Of a stretch of DNA of 64,000 bases, positions 54,163 to 64,000 are shown piece by piece; the stretch's first letter is position 1, and every line of letters begins with the position of its first letter. The notes beneath the pieces are model-generated. The model did not search any database and was not told the DNA's origin. It saw only the letters and a program-made list of their open reading frames with translations. Source of the DNA: Alphaproteobacteria bacterium (GTDB lineage: Bacteria; Pseudomonadota; Alphaproteobacteria; UBA8366); the NCBI GenBank assembly GCA_965228695.1, contig CBDDIB010000002.1, positions 304,192-368,191 on the forward strand, in the 5' to 3' direction. The position numbers and the translations under genes are program-made.

Positions 54163-56796
54163 CTAGAACTGTTTCAGCAATCGATCGATGTAGTCGAGTT
54201 CGGGCTGCGGACGCGTCCTTTGTCCGGCACGCCGGCGTAACTCGTCCCGGATGCGCCGGGCGTCCCGCAACCGGTCCTCGTCGGGAATTTCGACCTGCTC
54301 GGTATTCATGCCGCGCCCGTCGTTATCTTGCGTCCGGCCGAACGGATCACGCTGACGATCCCGCGCCTCGGAGGTCGGATTGCCTTCCCCCCGCTGGCCG
54401 CGCTGACCAAATTGACGCATGAGCGCTTCGGTGGCGGCGCGTGCGCCCTGCTGAAGCTGGTCGATCGCGTCGGTCTGCGGCGGCACCGCCCGCCCGGCCT
54501 GACCCTTGCCAAGCTGTTCGGTGGAACCGCGCATCGAGCGCTCGGCACGTCCGAGCGGGCGCGGCACCGAATCGGACATTTCGCCCAACTCGCGCATCAA
54601 CTCGCCAAGCCGCTTGCGCAGCGCCTCTTGCGATTCGGATTCCTGCGACATCGGCGACTGCGACTGATTGGGCTGGCCCTCCGGGGGCCGCATGCCCGGC
54701 GGCAATCGGTTCGGCGGCATCCGGAACCGCCGATTGCCCTGCGGCCGCATCTGGCCGCGGCGCTGCGCCTCGCGGAAGGTCTTGTCCAACAATTTCTGCT
54801 GGTCGCGGATGATATTCTGCAGATCGTTCAGCATCTGCATCGCGCGTTGTTGTTTTTGACCCGGCCGGGCAAACCGCCGGGCCTTCAGGTTCTCCAACAT
54901 GTTCCGCAATTGCGACAGCATCTGCTTCGCCGCGTCCCGCTGGCCGCTTTTCATCAACTCGCGTATCCGGTCCAGCATCTTCTTCAAGTCGTTGCGATTC
55001 AGCGTGATGTTCTGATCGTTCTGCTGAGTCAATTCGTTCGGCTGACGCGGCATGTCCTTCAGCGATTCGGCCAGCGAATTGAGATACTCGTCCATCGCGC
55101 GCTCCAACTCGCGCAGCAATTTCTCGAGTTCCTTATCGTCCGCTCCATCGCGCAAGGCGTCTTGCAAGGCCTGTTGCGCTTCCCGCAGCGCCTGCTCGCT
55201 GAGCGACAGCGTGCCGTCCTCCAGGCGCAGCGCCGTATCCCACAGCAGCTTCATCACGCCCGCGACATGCTCCGCCGTATCCTGATACCCGCGCTCCAAC
55301 CGCCGCGACGCTGAGGTCAGCGCCATGAACACCACCACGTCGCCGTCATACTGCTCATGCTCCCAGGCGAGGATCTCGAGATGGGCGGCGACACGGTTCC
55401 GGTTTTTGTTCGGATAAACGGCAAGCTGACGGCGCTGTTTGATGATCGCCCGCGCCACCGGGTGGGTGAAAACGCGCTCCGGCAGCACGGCTTGCACCAC
55501 CGCGCTTTTGCCGACTTGGCCGGCCGCGTCCCGGGCCATGAGCTGAATGGTGACCGGCAGGCCGGCCCAGGGATGCGGCGTCAGGTCGTGGTAGCTGGTC
55601 GACTTGATTTCCCGCGCCATGACGCCGGGCAAGGGCAGATCAAGATCGATCGGCGGCAGATTGGCCAACGCCGATTTTTCCCCTTTCGCGTCGGATCGCG
55701 TGATCGACGCTGTCACCTGTTCGACGCCGTAGTCGTCGGTCGCCTCGAAATCCAGGCGCAGCGCCTTGCGCTGGCTCTCGCTCGGCTTGCCGGAGAAGGC
55801 AACCGTCGGAACCGTGTCGTCGGTGATCGCGACCTCCCATCCCACCAGTTCCGCGCCGTCTTGCCGAACGACGACGCGGCCCGGCACCGCCAGGTCGTTT
55901 TCGATGTGGTATCCGGCTTTGTCGTCGCCCTCGAACGGCGTTGCGGCCTCGCCCATGGCGAGTTCCGGTGTCGTCCGGCCGCCGGTCAGGCGAATCACCA
56001 GCTTGCTGCCCTTCGGCACCGTAATGACCGCGCCGGGCGCCACCGATTTCGTCGTGTTCGTCTCGTCCGCCGTCTCGGTGTTTTCAGCGGCCCCTGTCGC
56101 CGCGCCGGCCAGATTGCCCGACGCCAGGAAGACCGGCGGTTTCCGGGTGTAGTCCGGCGGCGTGATCCAGGCATCCAGCTTCACCGCCACCTTGCCGTCG
56201 CCGGCCAGCACGTCCGGCGTCAGTGCCTGCAGGATACGGTCGCCGGCCTGGTTGCCGACCGCCAGGAACCCGGCGATCAGCGCAACGCCCAGCCCGATGC
56301 GGAATGCGAAGGGGTCGCGCCGGATAAGCTTCGGCCGCGGCCATCCGATGCGCAGGCGCGCGACCGCCGCCTTCATGCGTTCCTGATGCAGCCGCCATAA
56401 ATCGCGCGAGGCCGAATCGGCGAACCCGGTCGCCAGGTTGTCCTCCAACGTTTCCAGCGGACGATGGTCCAGATCATTGACCTGTTCGATATGACGGAGC
56501 GATTCGTCGCGATCGGGAATCCGCAGCGCGCGCATGCCGTGCCAGAGACACCCGGCAATGCCGACGCCGAACGCCAGCAGCAGCAGGCTGTGCAGCCATC
56601 CCGGCAGCGCCTGCGGCAGGCCGATGAGCGCCAATACGACAAACAAACCGGTAAGGGCGAGCCCGGGCCAAAGCGCCGGCCACAGCCGTTCCCAAAGGAG
56701 AACGGCGCGGGAAAGTGAAATCCGCCACCGCGGCAGCACCGCCGCAAGGGTCGATTCGCGTCGTTTCCGGGGCTTTCGGCTCATTGGGCGCATCAT
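54163..56796 (-). CDS. TIGR02302/DUF4175-type alphaproteobacterial membrane protein with low-complexity C-terminal region
   Basis: 877 aa with 2-3 N-terminal TM helices, then a long extracytoplasmic region ending in Q/R/G/P-rich low complexity. This matches my recollection of the TIGR02302 description. The start overlaps the lysA stop (ATGA). Confidence 0.65.
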   Translation of the reverse strand: MMRPMSRKPRKRRESTLAAVLPRWRISLSRAVLLWERLWPALWPGLALTGLFVVLALIGLPQALPGWLHSLLLLAFGVGIAGCLWHGMRALRIPDRDESLRHIEQVNDLDHRPLETLEDNLATGFADSASRDLWRLHQERMKAAVARLRIGWPRPKLIRRDPFAFRIGLGVALIAGFLAVGNQAGDRILQALTPDVLAGDGKVAVKLDAWITPPDYTRKPPVFLASGNLAGAATGAAENTETADETNTTKSVAPGAVITVPKGSKLVIRLTGGRTTPELAMGEAATPFEGDDKAGYHIENDLAVPGRVVVRQDGAELVGWEVAITDDTVPTVAFSGKPSESQRKALRLDFEATDDYGVEQVTASITRSDAKGEKSALANLPPIDLDLPLPGVMAREIKSTSYHDLTPHPWAGLPVTIQLMARDAAGQVGKSAVVQAVLPERVFTHPVARAIIKQRRQLAVYPNKNRNRVAAHLEILAWEHEQYDGDVVVFMALTSASRRLERGYQDTAEHVAGVMKLLWDTALRLEDGTLSLSEQALREAQQALQDALRDGADDKELEKLLRELERAMDEYLNSLAESLKDMPRQPNELTQQNDQNITLNRNDLKKMLDRIRELMKSGQRDAAKQMLSQLRNMLENLKARRFARPGQKQQRAMQMLNDLQNIIRDQQKLLDKTFREAQRRGQMRPQGNRRFRMPPNRLPPGMRPPEGQPNQSQSPMSQESESQEALRKRLGELMRELGEMSDSVPRPLGRAERSMRGSTEQLGKGQAGRAVPPQTDAIDQLQQGARAATEALMRQFGQRGQRGEGNPTSEARDRQRDPFGRTQDNDGRGMNTEQVEIPDEDRLRDARRIRDELRRRAGQRTRPQPELDYIDRLLKQF

Positions 56797-58085
56797 CCCA
56801 TACTCCGCCGTCTGAGGGGGTCGTCCTGCTGCCAGTCCGCGAAACTGTCCAGCGCGAGCAATTCTTCGTAGCTCTGGCGCGCGCGAATCACCGAATAATC
56901 GCTTCCGTTCACCATAATCTCCGGTACCAGGGGCCGCGAGTTATAGGTCGACGCCATAACAGCACCGTAAGCCCCCGCGGAAGCGAATGCCAGTAAATCT
57001 CCGGTGACCACGGGCGGCAGGGGGTATCCCCGTACGAAGGTGTCGCCGGTCTCGCAGACCGGTCCGACCACGTCGGCCGGTTCGAAGACATCGTTGGATG
57101 CCACATGCACCACCGGTATCAGCTCATGATGCGCATCATAGAGCGTCGGCCGGATCAAATCGTTCATCGCGGCGTCGAGCACGACGAAGCGGCGGCTGTT
57201 GCCAAGCTTCACGAACAGCACGCGCGAGACCAGCAAGCCCGCATTGCCGACCAGCATGCGGCCGGGCTCGAACGCCAGTTGACAGCCGAGATCGCCGACC
57301 GTCTCGCGCACCATCGCCGCGTATTCTTCGGGCAACGGCGGTTCCTCGTCGCGATAGGGGATGCCGAGGCCACCGCCGAGATCGAGCCGGGTAATCGTGT
57401 GCCCCTGATCGCGCAGCGTCCGCACCAGCTCCGCGACGCGGGTAAACGCCATCCGGAAGGGCTCCAAATCGGTCAACTGCGAGCCGATGTGGACCGCGAC
57501 CGAAACCGGGTTGAGGCCGGGCAGGTCAGCGGCCCGCCGGTAGGTTTCGACCGCGTCCTTGATGTCGATGCCGAACTTGTCCTCCTGCCGGCCGGTCGAA
57601 ATCTTGTCGTGGGTCTTCGCGTCCACATCCGGGTTGACCCGGATCGCGATGTCCATCGTCGCGTTGCGGGCGTCCGCGACTTCGGACAGCGCGTCGAGTT
57701 CGGGATGCGATTCCACGTTGATCTGATGAATTCCGCGCTCCACGGCGCCGGCGAGCTCTTCCTGCGACTTGCCGACACCAGAGAAGATGATCCCGTCCGC
57801 GGACACGCCCGCCGCCAGCGCCCGGCGCAGTTCGCCCTCGGAAACCACATCCGCGCCCGCGCCCAAATCCGCCAAAGTCTTGATCACCGCGAGGTTCGAG
57901 TTCGCCTTGACCGCGTAGAATATCTTCGCATCCAGATCGGATAAGGCTTCGGCCAGGACCTGATAATGCCGCGTCAGCGTCGCCGTCGAATAGCAATAGA
58001 AAGGCGTTCCTTCCGCCTCGGCGATCCGGGTAATCGGCACGTCTTCCGCGTGCAGGGCGCCGCGGCGATATTGAAAATGGTTCAT
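56793..58085 (-). CDS. lysA: diaminopimelate decarboxylase
   Basis: From ATG 58085: MNHFQYRRGALHAEDVPI...TPFYCYS..., ...FYAVKANSN (PLP lysine), ...LDLGGGLGIPY..., ...CETGD... Confidence 0.93.
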   Translation of the reverse strand: MNHFQYRRGALHAEDVPITRIAEAEGTPFYCYSTATLTRHYQVLAEALSDLDAKIFYAVKANSNLAVIKTLADLGAGADVVSEGELRRALAAGVSADGIIFSGVGKSQEELAGAVERGIHQINVESHPELDALSEVADARNATMDIAIRVNPDVDAKTHDKISTGRQEDKFGIDIKDAVETYRRAADLPGLNPVSVAVHIGSQLTDLEPFRMAFTRVAELVRTLRDQGHTITRLDLGGGLGIPYRDEEPPLPEEYAAMVRETVGDLGCQLAFEPGRMLVGNAGLLVSRVLFVKLGNSRRFVVLDAAMNDLIRPTLYDAHHELIPVVHVASNDVFEPADVVGPVCETGDTFVRGYPLPPVVTGDLLAFASAGAYGAVMASTYNSRPLVPEIMVNGSDYSVIRARQSYEELLALDSFADWQQDDPLRRRSMG

Positions 58086-58210
58086 CGCGGCGCCGGATAG
58101 GATCGCGGGTACTCGCTCTTGCCCGGCGCTTCCGGCGGCCCCTTCTTGCCGCACGCCGCCATACCGGCGGCCAGCGCCAGAACGAAAAACACCCTTAGAA
58201 TCAGTCGCAT
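58082..58210 (-). CDS. small lipoprotein (LptM/YifL-like)
   Basis: 42 aa: [42 protein letters not shown]. Lipobox plus a Pro-rich tail, wedged between argH and lysA with overlapping stop and start codons at both ends. Confidence 0.55.
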   Translation of the reverse strand: MRLILRVFFVLALAAGMAACGKKGPPEAPGKSEYPRSYPAPR

Positions 58211-59592
58211 CACAAGAATCGCTCCCGTGCGGCCTTCGCAGCTTCGCGCACGCGCTCCGGCGCGGTCCCGCCGAAACTCTTCCGGCTCTGCACCGCCGCC
58301 GAATTGCTCAATACCGAGTATATATCCTGGGTTATCCCGGATTCCACCTGTTGCATGTCCGCAAGCGGCAGATCGGCCAGGCCGCAGCCCTGTTTTTCCG
58401 CCAGCGCGACGATTTGACCCGTCACGTGATGGGCCCGCCGGAAGGGCATATCGAGCACGCGGACCAGCCAATCCGCCAGATCGGTCGCGGTCGGGAAGCC
58501 GTCCACCAGCGCGCGTTCCATGGCGTCCGGGTCGGCCTCCATGTCGCCGACCATCCCTGCCATCGCGGCGATGGCGAGCGACAGGCTTTCCGCGGCGTCG
58601 AAGGCCGGTTCCTTGTCCTCCTGCATGTCCTTGCCGTAGGCCAGCGGCAGGCCCTTCATCACGATCATCAGCCCGGTCATCGCGCCGACGATGCGGCCGG
58701 CCTTGGCGCGCGCCAGTTCGGCCGCATCCGGGTTGCGTTTCTGCGGCATGATCGACGAGCCGGTGGTGTACGCGTCCGACAGCCGGATGAAGCCGTATTG
58801 CGGCGTGCACCACAACACGATCTCCTCGGCCAATCGCGAGAGATGGACCGCCGAGATCGATAGCGCCGCCAGGAATTCCAGCGTGAAGTCGCGCGCCGAC
58901 ACGGCATCCATGGAATTTTCCATCGGGCCGTCGAAGCCCAACGCCGCCGCCGTCGCATGCCGGTCGATGTCGAAGGACGTGCCGGCCAGCGCCGCCGCCC
59001 CCAGCGGGCTTTCGTTGACCCGCGCGCGGCAATCCCGGAGCCGGCCGCGGTCGCGCCCGACCATCGCCACATAGGCCAGCAAATGATGACCGAAGGTGAC
59101 GGGCTGCGCCGGCTGCAAATGCGTGAAGCCCGGCATGACGGTATCCGCGTGCGCCTCGGCCTTCTCGATCAGGGCCGCCTGCAGCGCCTGGAGCTGTTCG
59201 TCCAGCCCATCGATCGCATCGCGCACCCAGAGCCGGAAATCGGTCGCCACCTGATCGTTGCGGCTGCGCGCCGTATGCAACCGGCCGGCGGCGTCGCCGA
59301 TCAATTCTGCGAGACGGGCCTCGATATTCAGGTGGATATCTTCCAGCGCCGTCTTAAATTCAAAGGTACCGGCCTCGATCTCCTTCAGGATACGGTCGAG
59401 CCCGTCCTGAATCGCGGCGCCGTCCTCGGCGCTGATCAGGCCCTGATCGGCCAGCATCTGGCAATGCGCCTTGGATCCCGCGATGTCCTGGGCGAAGAGC
59501 CGCCGGTCGAAACCGATGGAGGCGTTGATTTGTTCCATGATGGCCGACGGGCCCGACGCGTAGCGCCCGCCCCACATGCTGTTGCTGCTCAT
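58210..59592 (-). CDS. argH: argininosuccinate lyase
   Basis: [11 protein letters not shown]..., ...[13 protein letters not shown] (fumarate-lyase signature). 460 aa. Confidence 0.95.
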   Translation of the reverse strand: MSSNSMWGGRYASGPSAIMEQINASIGFDRRLFAQDIAGSKAHCQMLADQGLISAEDGAAIQDGLDRILKEIEAGTFEFKTALEDIHLNIEARLAELIGDAAGRLHTARSRNDQVATDFRLWVRDAIDGLDEQLQALQAALIEKAEAHADTVMPGFTHLQPAQPVTFGHHLLAYVAMVGRDRGRLRDCRARVNESPLGAAALAGTSFDIDRHATAAALGFDGPMENSMDAVSARDFTLEFLAALSISAVHLSRLAEEIVLWCTPQYGFIRLSDAYTTGSSIMPQKRNPDAAELARAKAGRIVGAMTGLMIVMKGLPLAYGKDMQEDKEPAFDAAESLSLAIAAMAGMVGDMEADPDAMERALVDGFPTATDLADWLVRVLDMPFRRAHHVTGQIVALAEKQGCGLADLPLADMQQVESGITQDIYSVLSNSAAVQSRKSFGGTAPERVREAAKAARERFL

Positions 59593-59616
59593 GGCGCACC
59601 ATTTATCGTAGGCACG

Positions 59617-60180
59617 ATGAAACCCGTTGAATTCATATCAAAACTTCTCTTGGCCATCATTCTGGTCGCCGTGGCGTTCTCGGGCCCCGCACTCGCAGGG
59701 CCGCCGCTGAACGGCTGGATGGAGCAATTTACTCCCAACGATACGCCCAAACCAGTGCCGCAAACGGGCTTCTTCGACGGCGCGGAAAAGCCGCAGTCGC
59801 TGGCCGGATTCAAGGGCCGCGTCATCCTGGTGAATTTCTGGGCGACGTGGTGTGCGCCCTGCGTCCGCGAACTGCCCTCGCTCGACCGGCTACAGGCCGA
59901 CATGGGCGGCAAGGACTTCGCCGTCGTCGCGGTCAGTATCGACCGGGGCGGCGTGAAAACGGCCGAGCCCTTCCTCCGGGAGAAACTCGGCCTCGACAAG
60001 CTCGGCCTTTATGTCGACAAGCGCATGGAACTCGCCCGCGCCCTCGGCGTGAAAGGCATGCCGGCGAGTTTCCTGATCGACCGCAGCGGCAACATCCGCG
60101 GCTCGCTCACCGGCATCGCTGAATGGGACGACAAAGACGCGAAAGCGCTGATCCGCTATTACTTGAAAGAGGGCGGCTAG
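59617..60180 (+). CDS. TlpA-family periplasmic thiol:disulfide oxidoreductase
   Basis: From ATG 59617: membrane anchor/signal, then ...[23 protein letters not shown] (CxxC thioredoxin motif). Confidence 0.82.
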   Translation: MKPVEFISKLLLAIILVAVAFSGPALAGPPLNGWMEQFTPNDTPKPVPQTGFFDGAEKPQSLAGFKGRVILVNFWATWCAPCVRELPSLDRLQADMGGKDFAVVAVSIDRGGVKTAEPFLREKLGLDKLGLYVDKRMELARALGVKGMPASFLIDRSGNIRGSLTGIAEWDDKDAKALIRYYLKEGG

Positions 60181-61049
60181 CGGGTCGGGACCGGCGTGTC
60201 CCCGCCATAGTCGTAGAAGCCGCGGCCCGCTTTGCGGCCGAGCCAACCCGCCTCGACATATTTCACCAGCAACGGGCAGGGCCGGTATTTCGAATCCGCC
60301 AGCCCGTCATACAGCACCTGCATGATCGACAGGCAGGTGTCCAAGCCAATGAAGTCGGCCAGTTCGAGCGGCCCCATCGGGTGGTTCGCGCCGAGCCGCA
60401 TCGCCTTGTCGATCGCCTCGACGCCGCCGACGCCTTCGTACAGCGTATAGACCGCCTCGTTGATCATCGGCAGCAGGATACGGTTGACGATGAAGGCCGG
60501 GAAATCCTCGGCCACCGCCACGTCCTTGCCGAGGGTCTCGGCCAGCGTCTTGATCGCTTGGAAGGTTTCCTCGTCGGTCGCCAGCCCGCGGATCAGCTCG
60601 ACCAGCTTCATCACCGGCACCGGCAGCATGAAATGCATGCCGATGAAGCGTTCCGGCCGGTCGGTCGACGCGGCGAGCCGGGTGATCGAGATCGACGAAG
60701 TGTTGCTGGCCAGCAGGGCGTCATCCTTGAGATGCGGGATGAGCTGCTCGAATACCTTGCGCTTGATCTCTTCGTTTTCGGTCGCCGCCTCGATGACGAA
60801 ATCGCAGCCGCCGAACAACGCATAGTCGGTGCCCATCTCGATCCGGCCGAGCGCCGCCGCCTTGTCGTCCCCGCTCAACAGCGAGCGTTTGACCTGGCGG
60901 TCCATGTTCTTGTCGATGGTCGCCAGCGCGGCATCGAGCTGGTCTTGCGACAGGTCGACGAGCTTCACGTCGAACCCGGATGCGGCGCAGACATGGGCAA
61001 TGCCATTGCCCATCTGCCCGGCGCCGATGACGCCGATGGTCTTAATCAT
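60177..61049 (-). CDS. hbd: 3-hydroxybutyryl-CoA dehydrogenase
   Basis: MIKTIGVIGAGQMGNGIAHV..., ...ASNTSSISIT..., GMHFM.PVP.M.LVE. 290 aa. Confidence 0.9.
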   Translation of the reverse strand: MIKTIGVIGAGQMGNGIAHVCAASGFDVKLVDLSQDQLDAALATIDKNMDRQVKRSLLSGDDKAAALGRIEMGTDYALFGGCDFVIEAATENEEIKRKVFEQLIPHLKDDALLASNTSSISITRLAASTDRPERFIGMHFMLPVPVMKLVELIRGLATDEETFQAIKTLAETLGKDVAVAEDFPAFIVNRILLPMINEAVYTLYEGVGGVEAIDKAMRLGANHPMGPLELADFIGLDTCLSIMQVLYDGLADSKYRPCPLLVKYVEAGWLGRKAGRGFYDYGGDTPVPTR

Positions 61050-61084
61050 AGCCCTACTCCCAACGTGCTCTTGCGGCGAGACGC

Positions 61085-62026
61085 CTACAGCACTTTATCG
61101 AGTTCCTCTTCCAGTTCAGGCACGATCGTGAAGAGGTCCCCCACGATACCGTAATCCGCCACCTGGAAGATGGGCGCTTCCTCATCCTTGTTTATCGCGA
61201 CGATGACTTTGCTGTCCTTCATGCCGGCCAGATGCTGGATAGCACCCGAAATGCCGACCGCGATGTATAGTTCCGGCGCTACGATCTTGCCGGTTTGGCC
61301 AACTTGGTAGTCGTTCGGCACGAAGCCGGCGTCGACCGCCGCCCGCGATGCCCCGACCGCGGCGCCGATCTTGTCGGCGACCTTTTCGAGCATGGCGAAA
61401 TTCTCGCCGTTCTGCATGCCGCGGCCGCCGGAAATGACCACCCGCGCCGCCGTCAGCTCGGGCCGCTCGGACTTGGAGATTTCCGAGCCGACATAGCTGG
61501 TAAGACCCGCATCGCCGGCCGCATCGACCGCCTCGACCGCGCCGGAACCGCCCTCGGCCGCCACGGCGTCGAACCCGGTGGTCCGCACGGTGATGATCTT
61601 GACCGCGTCCGAAGACTGGACGGTCGCGATCGCGTTACCCGCATAGATCGGCCGCTCGAAGGTGTCGTCGGACTCGACGGCGGTGATGTCGGAAATCTGC
61701 TGCACGTCGAGCATGGCGGCAACGCGCGGCATCAGGTTCTTGCCGAAGGTATCGGCCGGCGCCAGCACGTGCGAATAGTCGCCCGCCAGCTTGACGATCA
61801 ACGGCGCCAGATTTTCGGCGATCGCGTTGGCGTATTCCGCGCTTTGCGCGACCAGCACCTTGGCGACACCGTCCACCTTGGAGGCGGCCTCGGCCACGCC
61901 GTCGCAATTCTCGCCCGCGACGAGCACATGGACATCGCCGGAGATCGCGTTTGCGGCGGCGACGGTGTTGAGCGTCGCGCCCTTCAGTTCCGAATTATCG
62001 TGTTCGGCAACGACCAGACTCGTCAT
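61085..62026 (-). CDS. etfA: electron transfer flavoprotein subunit alpha
   Basis: [11 protein letters not shown]..., C-terminal FAD motif ...[46 protein letters not shown]. Confidence 0.95.
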   Translation of the reverse strand: MTSLVVAEHDNSELKGATLNTVAAANAISGDVHVLVAGENCDGVAEAASKVDGVAKVLVAQSAEYANAIAENLAPLIVKLAGDYSHVLAPADTFGKNLMPRVAAMLDVQQISDITAVESDDTFERPIYAGNAIATVQSSDAVKIITVRTTGFDAVAAEGGSGAVEAVDAAGDAGLTSYVGSEISKSERPELTAARVVISGGRGMQNGENFAMLEKVADKIGAAVGASRAAVDAGFVPNDYQVGQTGKIVAPELYIAVGISGAIQHLAGMKDSKVIVAINKDEEAPIFQVADYGIVGDLFTIVPELEEELDKVL

Positions 62027-62778
62027 GTTCCGATCACCTTCGCTTCGTTCTTCAATTTATCGACCAATTCGGCGACCGTCTCGACCTTCACGCCCGCTTC
62101 GCGCTTGGGCGGGTCGACGACCTTAAGCGTCGCCAGCCGGGGGCTGATGTCGACGCCCACTTCGTCCGGGGTCAGCGTGTCAATCGGCTTCTTCTTCGCC
62201 TTCATGATGTTCGGCAGCGAGGCGTAGCGCGGCTCGTTGAGGCGCAGATCGACCGTGACGATGGCCGGCAGCGAAATCTTGATGGTTTCCAGCCCGCCGT
62301 CGATTTCGCGCGTGACCTGCGCGCCGCCGTCGCCGAGTTCGATCTCGGAGGCGAAGGTCGCCTGGCTCCACCCCAGCAGGGCGGCCAGCATCTGACCGGT
62401 CTGGTTGGAGTCATCGTCGATCGCCTGCTTGCCCGCGATTACCAGATCGGGGCTTTCGCGTTCGACCAATGCTTTCAGAATCTTAGCGACCGCCAGCGGC
62501 TCGACCTCTTCATCGGTCTGCACCAGGATGCCGCGGTCGGCGCCCATGGCAAGGGCCGTGCGGATGGTTTCCTGGGACTGTTGCGACCCGATCGATACTG
62601 CGATCACTTCGCTTGCGGTGCCCGCTTCCTTCATGCGGACGGCTTCCTCGACGGAAATTTCGTCGAACGGGTTCATCGACATCTTAACGTTGGCGGTTTC
62701 CACGCCGGTCTGATCCGCCTTGACGCGGATTTTCACGTTGTAGTCGATAACGCGTTTGACGGGGACGAGAACCTTCAT
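62023..62778 (-). CDS. etfB: electron transfer flavoprotein subunit beta
   Basis: [19 protein letters not shown]... ATG 62778 with GGGGAGA SD. 4-nt overlap with etfA. Confidence 0.95.
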   Translation of the reverse strand: MKVLVPVKRVIDYNVKIRVKADQTGVETANVKMSMNPFDEISVEEAVRMKEAGTASEVIAVSIGSQQSQETIRTALAMGADRGILVQTDEEVEPLAVAKILKALVERESPDLVIAGKQAIDDDSNQTGQMLAALLGWSQATFASEIELGDGGAQVTREIDGGLETIKISLPAIVTVDLRLNEPRYASLPNIMKAKKKPIDTLTPDEVGVDISPRLATLKVVDPPKREAGVKVETVAELVDKLKNEAKVIGT

Positions 62779-62927
62779 CGCGCTCACTTCTCCCCTAGGC
62801 TTTTCGGAACTGGATTGAACCTGGAATTAGATTGACATTACGTGCGGCCCCGGCACGCTGCAGTGCAACATCGCAGTGCACAAAGGCTCGCTTTCGCGCG
62901 GAAACATAGGCGCAAGCGTCCGTCAGG

Positions 62928-63737
62928 TCAAACCGGGTCCCGCCGTGCGCCGATGTCGGGGAAACCAACAACCCGGTTCCGCAGGGCATGGGTCCGGCTG
63001 ACCTCGCCGAGCGGCGCTAAATCCCAGTTCCACTGGGTTCCCCCGTCGGGCAATTCCGCGCCGTAGAGCGCATCATGACGCTGTACCACCGCGCCGTCCT
63101 TATCGAGGGCCGCGCGCTCCATCTCGGTGATCAGGCAGACGACCGCGTCGAACCGCCGCAGGTAGGCCAGATGGGCCTCGATCACCGCGCGGCAGAAGTC
63201 TTCGAGTGGATCGCCATCCAACCGCGTCCGGCGCTGCAGTGCAGCAGCGGGGAAGATCGACAACTGCCCCAACAGATTTGCCGAAACGACGAGATCGACC
63301 TCCGGCCGGTCCAGAAACACCGTTGACTCGGGCACCGGATCGCCCTGCCAACCGGACGACACCCGGAAATCGAAGTCGGCCGCCATGCCGGTCACGTCCT
63401 CTTCCAGCAGGGTCACATTGGCGAATTCGGCGGCTTTGCGTCGGGCGGCGCGCAGATGGACCACGTCGACCAGCACCACATGCTCGAACTGCCGCGACAG
63501 ATCGGCTATGGGAATGTCGAGCAAGAGCCCCGAACCCAGAATCAACGCCGAATTGCGTCGCGGGCACCGGTCGATGGCCGCGCGGATGACCGCCTGCGAC
63601 TGCTCCAGATGCGGCGTCCAGGCGCCCGCCAGGCGTTTCTGCCGGGCGCCGATCGCGATCGCTTCCTTCAGATAGCCCAACTTGCGCGCATATTTCGGGC
63701 AGGGCGTGGTGAGATATTCGAGAAGTTCGAGGATCAC
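62928..63737 (-). CDS. hypothetical protein with class I SAM-methyltransferase-like Rossmann motifs
   Basis: 269 aa with a GTG start. Motif-I-like ALILGSGLLLDIP, acidic-loop-like VVLVDVVH, LLEEDVTG, and motif-IV-like DLVVSANLLGQL. I recognise no named family. Confidence 0.5.
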   Translation of the reverse strand: MILELLEYLTTPCPKYARKLGYLKEAIAIGARQKRLAGAWTPHLEQSQAVIRAAIDRCPRRNSALILGSGLLLDIPIADLSRQFEHVVLVDVVHLRAARRKAAEFANVTLLEEDVTGMAADFDFRVSSGWQGDPVPESTVFLDRPEVDLVVSANLLGQLSIFPAAALQRRTRLDGDPLEDFCRAVIEAHLAYLRRFDAVVCLITEMERAALDKDGAVVQRHDALYGAELPDGGTQWNWDLAPLGEVSRTHALRNRVVGFPDIGARRDPV

Positions 63738-63763
63738 CTTGGTGTCACCGTGGGATCACGGGC

Positions 63764-64000
63764 TTAGCGGTTCGCGCCCGGCACCCAGAGGACATCGTCC
63801 GCCCCGCCGTTGTTGGCGTTCCGAGCCATGACGAACAACAGGTCCGACAGCCGGTTAAAGTAGACTATCACGGCCGGGTTGACGCTCTCGGCGGCGCTCA
63901 ATTCCGTTACCAGGCGTTCCGCCCGCCGCGCCACCGTGCGGGCGTTGTGCAGATGCGCCGCCACCATCGTGCCGCCCGGCAGGATGAAGCTGGTCAACGC
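63764..64000 (-). CDS. PduO-type ATP:cob(I)alamin adenosyltransferase (C-terminal part, gene runs off the window)
   Basis: ...FILPGG...AAHLHNARTVARRAER..., ...YFNRLSDLLFVMAR is the PduO-type ATR signature region. The N-terminus lies beyond 64000. Confidence 0.85.
   Translation of the reverse strand, partial: ALTSFILPGGTMVAAHLHNARTVARRAERLVTELSAAESVNPAVIVYFNRLSDLLFVMARNANNGGADDVLWVPGANR

Overview
High-GC alphaproteobacterial chromosome segment. GC was not computed exactly. Gene content and order (yidD-rnpA-rpmH, metX-metW, chorismate mutase-hisC-tyrC, argH-lptM-lysA-TIGR02302, PAS_5, DUF2125) suggest a Rhodospirillales/Rhizobiales-type organism; this is inference. I call about 58 protein genes, one tRNA-Arg(ACG), one multiply frameshifted chemoreceptor pseudogene, a REP-like double hairpin, and a few terminators and operator-like sites. 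Most of the window is housekeeping: pantothenate, Met, Lys, Arg and aromatic amino-acid biosynthesis, ftsEX, class II RNR, ETF/hbd, and two large MscS-type channels. An accessory-looking stretch starts right after the tRNA (7.7 kb) and runs to about 30.8 kb. It holds an NHL propeller protein, the dead MCP, a ~24% GC spacer, and a divergent Rieske-oxygenase/extradiol-dioxygenase cluster flanked by TauE-type, BASS-type and ABC transporters. It also holds an atypical aminotransferase, two tandem ArnT-like (GT39) glycosyltransferases and a catalytically degenerate SNase-fold protein. I saw no CRISPR array, rRNA, transposase, integrase or recognisable defence genes, and no clear-cut new system. The best candidate for undescribed biology is the compact aromatic-oxidation cluster, which lacks electron-transfer partners, a hydrolase and a regulator. 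Next is a GAAC-N7-GAAC (alphaproteobacterial SOS-box-like) site in front of nrdJ. All homology calls rest on motif recognition by eye, not database searches.
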